Below the pieces are notes generated by a model. It worked only from the letters and a program-made list of their open reading frames with translations, was not told where the DNA came from and made no database searches. A DNA stretch of 64,000 nt, taken from Dictyostelium discoideum. Taxonomy: Eukaryota. Shown piece by piece: positions 51,480 through 64,000 of the stretch (position 1 is the stretch's first letter; each line of letters opens with the position of its first letter). The DNA lies in the NCBI GenBank assembly GCA_000004695.1, contig CM000151.3:8128001-8192000 (forward strand), written 5' to 3'. Both the position numbers and the translations under genes were made by a program.

Positions 51480-52290
51480 TCTTAATAGGGTTCCAATTTA
51501 AAACAAAATTAATTTTAAAGAAAACGATCAAAATTTATTTTTTTTTTAATTTTTTTTTTTTTAATTTTTCTTTTAAGAAAAAGTCTGCATAGATCCACAA
51601 CTCCGGATTTGGAAAGAGAATCTTTTTTTTTTTTTTTTCAGTTTTTCAACAAAAAAATTTGATTTTAAAAAAAATCAAAAAAAAAAAAAAAAAAAAAAAT
51701 TAAAAATTAAAAAAATTATTTTTTAAAAAAACCTGAAAAATTTTTTTCTTTTTTTTTTTTTTTATTATTTTTTTTTTTTGAATATCGCCCACCCCTTTTT
51801 TAAAAGAAATATTATACCACTAAAAAAAAAATATATATATACATATATATTTCACACATATAAAAATAAAAAATAGTAATCAAAAATTAATTTGATTTCA
51901 TAAATAAATAAATAACAGTAGTCACCAAAAAAAAAAAAAAAATAAAAAAAAATAAATAAAAAAAAAAATAAAATAAAATAAAATAAAAAAAAAAATAAAA
52001 TAAAAATAAAAAAAATAAAAAATAATTAAAAAAAAAAAAAAAATATTAAAAAAAGATCCCAACATAAATCGAAATTTTTTTTTTTTTTTTTTTGTGGATA
52101 CAATACAACACAACTGCAAATAATAATAATAATAATAATATAATATACGACAAAATTAAAAGCAATAATTTAAATAAAATAATAAAATAAAATAATAAAA
52201 TTAAATTATTAATAATAAATAATACACAAATAAAAAATAATTTAAATAAAATAAAATAAAAAAAATAAAAAAAAAATAAAAAAAAAAAAT

Positions 52291-52321
<31 letters not shown>

Positions 52322-52375
52322 ATAAAAAAAAAATAATAATAATAATAATAAAAAAACACCAAGGAAAAAAAAAAA

Positions 52376-54370
<1,995 letters not shown>

Positions 54371-56491
54371 TAGAGTCAGTAAGAGAGAGAGAGAGAGAAG
54401 AAAAAGAGAAATTAATTTTAATTCCTCTTTTTTTGCGTTATGTGTATATATGATATCGAATTTTAATATATATAAAAAAAAAAAAAGAAAAAAAAAACCA
54501 AGAAAAAAAAAGTGAAATTTAAGATTAAAACCCGAAGACTAGTTTTATTACCATTCTTTGTCAAATTTTAATCAAATCGATTTTTTTTTTTTTTAAAAAA
54601 AAAAAATAAAACTATTTTCTTCATTTAATTCTCCTAATTATAATATTCGGGTTTATTTGTCCCCAAAAAAAAAAAAAAAAAACAAAACAAAAATAATTAC
54701 ATTTACAAAATATAAAAATTAAATAAAAAATTGTATAAAAATTTTTTTTTTTTGGGTTAAAATAAAAATAGTAAATCAGGATTTTATTTTTACTATTTTT
54801 ATTTTTTTATTTTTGTGTTTAGGAAAAATAAATTAGCATAGTTATTAATTAGTTATCCCATTTTTTTTTTTCCCGTTATGTATTTTTTTTTTTTTTTTTT
54901 AAAATAATAGCCCATATAGATAATAGGAGTGTGGTGAGTATGTGGAAATTAAAATTTTAAAATTAATTTTAATTCATTGTTTAAAATTGGCATATATATC
55001 TAATAATTTTTAATTTTTTTTTTTTTTTTTTACAATGGGGTTAATATCTTAAAATTGTGGGTGGGTTATGTAGTTTAACACTTAAAATAAGAAATTGGAT
55101 TCTAATTTCTTAATATTGTGATCGCCATACATAATGTAATTAAGGAGGGTTTCTTTTTTTGTGTTTACTTTTAGCTTTTTTTTTTGTTTTTTATTTTTAA
55201 AATTATTTTTTTAAATTTACACTTATTCTAAAATTGTTATTTTACTCATAGTTTCATTTCCATATTTTCCCCCTACTAATATATAATTATTATATATGAA
55301 TAATTAATATACAATAAGTTTTCTAAAAAAAAAAAAAAAAAATTTGAAAAAAAAAAATAAATATAAAACTTTTTTATTTATTTCTCCCTTTTTTAATATA
55401 TAATTTATATTTTCTTAATTTATTAATTATTTTTTTAATAAAAAGAAAATTATTTAACCAAATAAAAATTTGCTTTTAACAAAAAAAAAAAAAAAAAAAA
55501 AAACAATCAACAATTGTTTAATTAAATCTATAAATAAAAAAATATTTTTAATTTAAAAAATACAATTCACCTTAATAAAAAAAAAAAAAAAAAAAAAATG
55601 ACAATTATAAGTAAATATTATTAATAAATTATTTTTTTTTGTTATAATAAATTAAAATATCTAATTACATTTTTTTTTTAAAAAAAAAATAATTATAGAA
55701 TCATTAACATCAATTTCAAAAATATCAGTTAATCAAAAAGAAAAAATTAATACATCCAATAATGATAGATTAAATTTCCAAACTCAAAACGAAAATTCAA
55801 GATGGAAGATTCCTTCATACATTATATATAACGTTAAATACAGATTAATTGCATATTGTTAATAAAATTAAAAAAATGTAAAATAACGTTTAGGAAATAA
55901 ATAAATAAAATAATCTTTTTTGTACCTTAATTAACTTTTTTTTTTTTTTTTAAATAAAAAGTAAAATTTAAGATTTTTATTATTTTATTATTTTTTTTTT
56001 TTTATTTAGTTGTATATACTCTATTTACTTTCAAACCAAGATATTTTAAACTTTGAAATTTGGTTTACATTTCTAAAAGAGGAACTTCTAAAATAATTAA
56101 AATAATAATGGACAATTAGTAAAGCTTCCCCAGGGTATTAATAAAATTTTAATAAATTAGAAAACTTTTAATTTTTTACACTTTTAACAATTAGCAAGTC
56201 CAAATTAATAAAATAAAGTATTGTTCAAAATTATATCTTTATATTTTATTTTTGTTTTTTTTTTATTTTTTTTTTTTTTAAAAGGATGGGTTGGTTTGTT
56301 TTTAAAATAAAATAAAAAAAATAAAATATTTTTTAAAAGTTTATATGTTACATAATAAATATATAGATATATGTATCTCTTTTTTTTTCTTTTTTTATTA
56401 TTACTTTTTTTTTAATTTAAAAAATAAAGAAAAAAAAAAAGGATTATATATAAATTTGTTTTTTTTTTTTTTTAAATTTTTTTTTTTTTTT

Positions 56492-58149
56492 TTAGGCTTT
56501 TACTCTTGAAGAAGTTCCAGAATTTTGAGTGATAGTTTTAGTAACGATTTCAGAGGATAATTCAGAAGGAGAGGAGACATGTAAATCAACATGATATGGA
56601 TGGAATAATTGTTTAACAGTACCAGAATGAGTACCAAGTTTAGCTCTAAACATACGATTGATATCTTCACCAACGAAATCGATGAAAGCAAATTTGATGG
56701 TATCAGAGAGATCGAATCTTTCAACTTCACGAACTAAGCCATAAGCAACGATCTTTGAATTCAAATGGCCGACCAATTCATCAACACCACCATTTCCTTT
56801 AGCAATGACAGTTAAAGTGGTATCATTTTTATAACCAACTAAACACCAATTAGTGTCAGTACTATCGGATCTAACATCTTTGATTGTATCTCTAACTTGT
56901 TGTTCATCATCGAAACCAAGTGTTGAACCACTTGATTTTGGCACAGCTGATGGTGTTGTAAATTTACTACCAGCACCAGCAAATGTTTTACCGGTTGTGT
57001 TTGAACCTTGAGTTGAAGCACTTGATGAACTGTAACTTGAGGTCATACGACCACCACTACCACGTGATTGAGCATCATCACTCAATACCATTGATGCTTT
57101 ACCTGATGCTTTTGCAACGGTTTCCTCTACAATCTCTTTTGAAATTTCTGATTTAACTGTACATTTAATATCAACATGATATGGTGTAACTAACTGATTT
57201 ACAAATCCAGTATGAGTACCTAAACGTGCTCTTAACATTCTTGGAATTTCTTTAAAAAAAAAAAAAAAAAAAAAGGGTTAATAAATGTTTAGAAAAATAA
57301 TATAGTAATATTAATAATAAAATAACCACGGTTATTACCTTCACCAATCCAATTAATATAAGCAAATTTAATTGTATCACTATTATCAATTTTTTCAACG
57401 ATACGAACTAAACCATAACCAACTAAATTATCTTGTAAATTTGAGATGAGTTCATTGACACCACCATTACCTTTACCTAAGAGAATGATAGTATTTGAAT
57501 TACCACCTTCATAACCAAAGAGTACCCAATCGATATCATTTTCATCGGATCTAAATTCTTTTAAGGCTTCACGAATTGCTGGTTCATCACCTAATTTAAT
57601 TGAGTCTTTATTTGAGGATGATGGTGAAGAAACTGAACCGTATGTTGATTTTCTGAAAGAGTTGGTTGGTGAAGTGGTTGATTTTGAAGCACCAGTTTTT
57701 GCACCATTTTCATCTAAAACTTTTGAACCTGTACCAGAGATATCTTGAATTTTATTTAATACGATTTCATCAGAGATTTCATTCTTTGAGGTGATTAAGA
57801 AATCACATTGGAATGAACCCAAGAAATCTTTAACACCACCAATGGTGACAGAGATTTTACCTTTTTGAAAGATTCCAACTTTTTCTCCAATGAAATTGAT
57901 GAATGCAAATTTAACGGTTTCACTATCATCGATTTTATCAATCTTTCTAACCAATGCAAATCCAACCAAATCATCTTGTAAATGTTCAACTAATTCTGCT
58001 ACACCACCTGAACCACTTCCAACTAATTTAATCTTTTCTGATTTTGGTGATTCAAATGATAATAATACCCAATCAGTTGAGGTTGAATCATTTCTTAAAT
58101 CTGCAATTGCTGATTTACATGATGAATCGTCGACAAATTGTAAAACCAT
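56492..58149 (-). CDS. actin-binding protein with three tandem ADF-H (cofilin/coactosin-type) domains; exons about 58149..57339 and about 57249..56492
   Basis: Domain 1 (MVLQFVDDSSCKSAIADLRNDSTSTDWVLLSFE...GSGSGGVAELVEHLQDDLVGFALVRKIDKIDDSETVKFAFINFIGE...), domain 2 (IREALKEFRSDENDIDWVLFGYEGGNSNTIILLGKGNGGVNELISNLQDNLVGYGLVRIVEKIDNSDTIKFAYINWIGE | EIPRMLRARLGTHTGFVNQLVTPYHVDIK...) and domain 3 (VRDTIKDVRSDSTDTNWCLVGYKNDTTLTVIAKGNGGVDELVGHLNSKIVAYGLVREVERFDLSDTIKFAFIDFVGEDINRMFRAKLGTHSGTVKQLFHPYHVD...) share the same motif order. The single GTAATA...AG intron (phase 1) splits domain 2. The linkers are S/T-rich. Confidence 0.7.
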
Positions 58150-58376
58150 TCTTATTAATAATTATTGTCTAAAAAAAAAAAAAATAAAAAAATAAAAAAA
58201 AAATAAAAAGAAATTTTAGATAAGTAAATATTTTATAATATGATAAATATAAAAATAATAAAAAAAAAAAAATAAAAAAAATAAAAATAGAAAAAAAATG
58301 AAAAAAGAAAAAATTAAATTTAATTAAATTTAAAATAAATATAAAAATAAAAATGTTGGTTGTATGGTGATATATG

Positions 58377-58417
<41 letters not shown>

Positions 58418-58996
58418 ACTGAAATATTCAGTTTATATGAATCCAAATAAAAAAATAAAAAAAAAATAAAATGCACATTCACACAAAAATATACATTCCC
58501 CACAATTGTTTTTAATTTAATAAATTTATTATAATAATAATTTTTTTTATTTTTTTTTATTTGGAAATTTTTTTTTTTAACAAATTACACAATATAACAT
58601 ATAATATACATCTCTAAAAAATTATACTATATCTATTTTTTACCTTTTTGTAGTGTTGTGTGAATATATTAAAATAAAAAAAAAAAAAAATAAAAAAAAA
58701 AAAAAAAGCAGAAAAATAAAAAAATTAAAATCATAAAAAAAAAAAAATAAAAAAAAAAGAATAAAAATCAAAAATTTTCAAATAAAAATAAAAGCATGGG
58801 TTTGGGGTCGTTTCATATGAATTATTTTTTTATTTTTTTCAGTAATAAATTTTATTGCACTTCAACAAAGAAAAATAACCACAAACACACACACACACTA
58901 AAAATAGAATTATTTATTTTATTTTCATTTTCAATTTTCTATTTTTATTTCTATTTTTATTTTTATTTTTTATTTATTATTTTTTTATTTTTATTT

Positions 58997-60912
58997 TTAT
59001 TTTTTTTTTAAAAAATAGATATTACTTTTTTTAGATTTATTCTGCAAGTAAGTTTGTAAATCTTTATCATTAATGAAATTGTTATTTAAATTATTACAAT
59101 TTTCAATGTTAAGGTAATAGTTTATGATATGAGTTGAGTTTTGATAAAAAGCGCCAGAAATTGCATCAGTGGTGATTTTAAATTGTTTTGGATAGTATGA
59201 TAAAATTAGATCACATAGTTCAACATCACCTCTAATAAATGAACTTTTAAATAAATGATTTTTTCTTTTTGAAATTAATGAATTTAAATGTTGATCAACT
59301 AATGATTTCAAAATTTGTTGAATATTTGGTTGAATGAAAAACATCTCTAATGGTAATCTTCTAGAATCATCAATTTCCATTTCATCATCATCACTATTAT
59401 CGTCATCACCATCATAAAATTCTATATCTTCATTATTATTATCATCGTCATCATTAAATTCTATATCTTCATTATTATCATTATTATGATTATGAGCATT
59501 TTCATCTTCTTCATTATCATTATTATTATTACCATTTTTATCATCAATTTCTTCTTCTTGTTCTTCTTCTTCTTCACTATTATCAGCATACTCATTTTCT
59601 TCATTTAATACTTCTTCATGTGATCGATTAATAGTATTATAAATTCCTGGGATTAATTCTTTGAATATGTCGATTTTTGAATTAAGATTATCACCATTAA
59701 TTATTGTTGAATAAAAATGATTATATCTTGATACTTCATAAATTAAATGATTCATAAATTCAATATTGAATTTTGAATCCATAGAATGAAAAGCTAGAGT
59801 GGGTCCAAAAACGTGATTATTTGAAATTAAATCATGGTAATTTTCGTGCATGAACTTTAGATTTCTATAGTTGCTATAGATTTCTTCTCCTCGGTAAAAA
59901 CCAATAATACTATTACTGAGTTGAATATTCCCATTGAAATTATCCAATAGGTATCTTGAAATTTCAAATTTATGACAAAGTAGTGAATTTTGAAATAAGA
60001 TATCAATGAAATTGTTTGAATAATAGTTTAATTCAATTAATTTCTTAATTTCTTCAATTTTCATTATTTTACATGAATAATATAAAACATCTTTTGATAA
60101 TTTAAATTGATTAATAGTATTTAATGGTTTAAAAAATATTAATTTATTATTATCATCATCATCATTATTCCATTGAGTTGAAAATGTTGAATGAGATGGT
60201 GGTGGTGGTGATGATGAACCAAATTGATCATTTTTAGTAGGTTTCTTTAAATGAAATGGTGAATTATAAGTGAATTGTTCATTTCTAATATTTTGATAAT
60301 GTTGACAATTTAATTGTATCCATTGTAAATATTTAAAGAATGAATCAACTCTTCTAATTTCTAAAAGGAATTGTAAATCATAATTGAATTGGTCGTGGAA
60401 ATAATCAGATTTTAGAGAAGTTTTTGAATTATTTGAAAAAGCATGGTTATATAAATTAATTGAAAATGATTCAATTAATTTATTTAAAATGTCAAGGAAT
60501 GAGCCAACTTTTTCATGGTTTTCATTTTCCCCAATTACATAATCAAATGAGAAATCATTTAAATTAAAACATTTAAATAAATTAACACCAAAAACAGTGT
60601 GAGTGCTATTATTACCACTAAACTCACTACCATTTAAAACTCCACGATTAAAAATATCAATAAAAACTTTTATACCAGGTAAATTGATAATATACTTTGA
60701 AAATTTTGGAGATCTAATATTAAGATAAAAGAAAACATGACATATACCATGATCAATTGTAATTGAGTATTCACTTAATAAATTATGGACATATCTAACT
60801 TGATCAATTTTAACACCTTTGGTTTTAATTAATATTAAAAAGAAAAAATTTAAAATCCTAGTAATAACATAATCTTCAGTATCTGCATCTTCTTCAAGTG
60901 ATTCTTCAAAAC

Positions 60913-60971
<59 letters not shown>

Positions 60972-62749
60972 TTATGAAATTTCTTTAAAAACAATTCAAT
61001 AATTTCAATGAAATTATCTATATCAATAAAACCATTATCATGACAATAATATTGGATTTGTTGGTATATATCAAAGATTTCATCGGATTTCTCGGTATTG
61101 TTGTGTCGTATATTTAATTTTGTAATTGTTGAGATTGAATCCATACTATTTATAAAAAGTCTTAGTGATTTAAAACTTAATGAAAAAACATAAATTAAAA
61201 ATCTATGGTTGATATCAGTTTGTGAGAATAATTGAAGATTTAATTTGAAATTTGGTGGGATGATAATGTTTATTAAAAAATGTCTTAAAAATAGACACAA
61301 TTCACCACTAACTTCAAAACTTTTAAAACCATTATCATTTAAATAGTTTAAAACTTTCATTCCATCTTCATTTGTCATATTTGGTAAACCATTCTTTAAC
61401 AATAGACAAATGGTTTTATCTACTGAAGCTATTAAGTCCAATGAATCTATTTTTTTTAAAGTTTCAATATCACATTTTAAAATTGAATTAAAGTATAGCT
61501 CATTTCTTTGTTCATCCATATATATATCATCAACATAATATTTAAAATCGATAATTTCATTTGTAGTAGTATCTCTAATAACTTCACAATTATACATACT
61601 TTGAAATTGATTAAAAAATATTTTACTAAAATTAATTTTTAAATCTTTAATAAAAAATTCTAATAATGCCTTTTTTTCATTTCTTGCATAAATCAATTCT
61701 AATTGTTCTTGTAAATACTTGGTGTTAATTTCACTTTCTTTTTCACAACTATAAAATCTTATATATAAACTTGAAAGTGATAAAAGAGTTTCCATTGAGC
61801 AATCTGCCTTTATTTTAGAAATTATAGCATGTTTTTCATTTTCTGTATTACATATAACATTTAAATCAATTAACTTTTTAATTACTTTAAAAGAATTTAA
61901 AAACCTTGTACAATGATTTAATTCAATGAATTGGTAACCTTTTTGTTTTATAGGTTTCACTTGAGTTAATGCTTCGAAAAGTGATGGTCTGGGTGGTGGT
62001 GTAGGTGGTGGCTCTGTTGTTGGCGCTGAATAAAGAATTGGATTGTCTAATATGAATTCCATAAATTCCAATTCATTTGCAAGTGATAATGATGTAATTT
62101 TAAATTCATTTGTTATGAAATCAAAACCATAATTATCATTAATTAAAGCACGTGTTGAATTTAATAATTCTTTAACAATTGTCAAGTTTTTTGTTTTTTT
62201 AAATGCCAATTCAAAAGACGACTCTTTAACAAATAAATTGTATGGTTGATTCGTTAAAATTCTAAGTGCTTCAACATTTTCATATTCAATTGCTAATTCT
62301 GTTAAATCACAACATTCAAATTGATTTCTTTTATTTTTTAAAAGCAATTGAAATATTTCTATCAATTTTTGATTTTCAACTTTTTTTTGAACTTCAAATT
62401 GATTTTTCTTTTCAGTTTCTTTTAAATTTGATCTTTCAATAATTTTATCATCATCATATCTCTTTAAAAATAATAAAAAAAATGATTTAACTGATTCTTT
62501 TGTAATTTCAATATATTCATTTAATTTGATTTTTTCAATTAAGACTTCAAATAATTTATTTTTTATCATCAATTCAAATGAGTAGGTTTCTTTAATACTA
62601 CACTTATTGTCAATATTAATTTCAGATGGATCAATATATTGGACCCATTCTGTATTTTTAATAATATAAAAAATTTCATTAAATATATATTTATTTCTAA
62701 AAACTTTCCAAAATAAAAATTCTATTCTATCATTATTATCTTCATCCAT
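58997..62749 (-). CDS. large (~1250 aa) hypothetical protein with a conserved N-terminal LFWKVF..Y.FNEIF domain, a poly-Asn run and an acidic D/E/N-rich C-terminal region
   Basis: The ORF is open to 62923, but the first 58 codons are poly-T/A promoter-like sequence. The likely start is MDEDNNDRIEFLFWKVFRNKYIFNEIF (ATG at about 62749), which mirrors the start of the divergent neighbour at 63422. No introns detected. It has an N19 tract and a (D/E/N)-rich block (EDIEFNDDDDNNNEDIEFYDGDDDNSDDDEMEIDD). Confidence 0.6.
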
Positions 62750-63280
62750 TTTCTTTGAGACTTGACTATTTGGTTTTTTTTTTTTTTTATTTTTTTTTTT
62801 GTTCGGCCGAATTGTAAAAAAAAAATTAAAAAAAATAAAAAATAAAACAAAATTAAAAAAAAGAAATAATTTGGAAAAAAAAAAAAAAAAAAAAAAAATT
62901 ATTTTATTTAACTTTTTAACCAAAGAAAAAAGGATAATTTATTTATTTTTTTTTTAATTTTTTTAAATTCATTTTTATACACACCCGGTGTGTTTTTTTT
63001 GCAGTCAAAAAAAAAAAAAAATTAATAAAAAAAAAAAAATCATTTATTTTTTGACTTAAAACATTTTTACTTTTTTCAGAAGTGTGCTACATCCAAAGGT
63101 TGTTTAAATCTCAAGCTAACAAATCTTTTATTGCATCTGGGTGTGTATAAAAATGTATTTATTATGCGCCATTTTTCAATAAAAATTTTGTTTTGGTAAT
63201 TTTCACCATGTTGTAAAAAAGTTAAAAAAAAAAAAATAAAAGTAAAAAAAAAAAAAAAAATAAAAAAAATAAAAAACCCA

Positions 63281-63316
<36 letters not shown>

Positions 63317-63421
63317 CCAAAATTCTTCTTAACATTACCATTTGAATTTGCTGTGTATTTTTACTGTTTTTACCTTTTTTTTTTTTTCCAACATATTTAT
63401 TATTTTTTTTTTTTTTTTAAA

Positions 63422-64000
63422 ATGTGTGATAAAATAGAAATATTATTTTGGAAAGTTTTTAAAAATCAATATTTATTCAACGAGATATTTAATCAAATTC
63501 ACAACAATCAATGGATTGAATATGATGACCCAAATAAATATAATGTTTACAATAGAGGTAAATTTGGAGACACTCACTCTTTACTAATAATGTTAGAAAA
63601 TGATCTACTCCCATTAATTAAAGATAAAATCAAACATGGTGATCATATAGAAATTACTTATGATTCAATGTTGGAACTTTTCTCAAAATTATCAACAGAA
63701 CCTTCAATAAATAGTAATAAAAATAAAAATAAATATAAAGATGAAGATTATTTAAAAATTATTGAATTATTAATGAAACATAGAAGAGATGAATTTGAAG
63801 TTTTTGATTTAATAATGATGGCAGTATCCTCTCGTTCTCCAGATGTTATTAGATTATTAGTTAATGAACCATATTCAGTTATAATTTATCCAACAATGCT
63901 TGAAAATGCAATTATGTATTCAAATTTAGCAACAATCAAAGAACTAGTAAATTTAGAACCAATAAATTTTAAAAACTATGGTATTAAATTAATCAGTGAA
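63422..64000 (+). CDS. paralogue of the preceding gene (5' partial, continues beyond the window), divergently transcribed
   Basis: MCDKIEILFWKVFKNQYLFNEIFNQIHNNQWIEYDDPNKYN.... It has the same N-terminal motif and a collinear similarity block (DEFEVFDLIMMAVSSRSPDVIRLLVNEPYSVIIYPTMLENAIMYSNLATIKELVN vs NQFECCDLTELAIEYENVEALRILTNQPYNLFVKESSFELAFKKTKNLTIVKELLN). Confidence 0.6.
   Translation, partial: MCDKIEILFWKVFKNQYLFNEIFNQIHNNQWIEYDDPNKYNVYNRGKFGDTHSLLIMLENDLLPLIKDKIKHGDHIEITYDSMLELFSKLSTEPSINSNKNKNKYKDEDYLKIIELLMKHRRDEFEVFDLIMMAVSSRSPDVIRLLVNEPYSVIIYPTMLENAIMYSNLATIKELVNLEPINFKNYGIKLISE

Noticed and set aside
55080-55120. 9-bp perfect inverted repeat TAAGAAATT...AATTTCTTA between convergent genes
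   Set aside because: Short AT-rich palindromes of this size are expected by chance at this base composition. Only the nearby GTGGGTGGGTT made it notable, and that is not enough.

Overview
The window reads as AT-rich (roughly 75-80% A+T) nuclear DNA of a Dictyostelium-type social amoeba. The evidence is pervasive (AAT)n/(CAA)n runs coding poly-Asn/Gln inside genes, short AT-rich spliceosomal introns with GTAAGT/GTATGT...AG borders, long poly(dA)/(dT) intergenic tracts, and a Pol III tRNA gene with a downstream extra B box. It is therefore eukaryotic; there are no operons, CRISPR arrays or prokaryotic defence islands.

I can support about 28 protein-coding genes, many with 1-3 small introns: a DDX20-like DEAD-box helicase, a dynactin p24-like protein, a phospholipase B-like protein, an RGG protein, a class-3 lipase, a CAP/PR-1 protein with a GPI-type tail, acyl-CoA oxidase, an MRM1-like SpoU RNA methyltransferase, syntaxin-5, an ELO fatty-acid elongase, a TMEM234 homologue, a Sel1-repeat protein, an RBR E3 ligase, two tandem GATA factors, a protein with three ADF-H domains, a WD40 protein, and a head-to-head pair of paralogous large proteins. 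There is also one tRNA-Ala(AGC).

The stretch most worth a second look is about 8.4-13.45 kb, immediately upstream of the tRNA gene. It holds ORFs with codon usage atypical for this genome, frameshift-split ORFs, a dense cluster of short CCATTGGAAA-type inverted/direct repeats, and degenerate ORF debris on both strands. That pattern fits remnants of tRNA-gene-targeted mobile elements or another foreign or acquired insert, but I could not identify reverse-transcriptase or integrase motifs by eye.

Other items worth checking are a three-ADF-H-domain actin-binding protein, two tandem paralogous GATA factors with 18-residue finger loops, a divergent paralog pair sharing an N-terminal LFWKVF..Y.FNEIF motif, a GPS-like motif next to a transmembrane helix in a secreted Cys-rich protein, and GT/CA-rich G-box-like islands in otherwise pure-AT intergenic DNA.

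Splice-site coordinates were worked out by hand and may be off by 1-2 nt, especially next to homopolymer runs.
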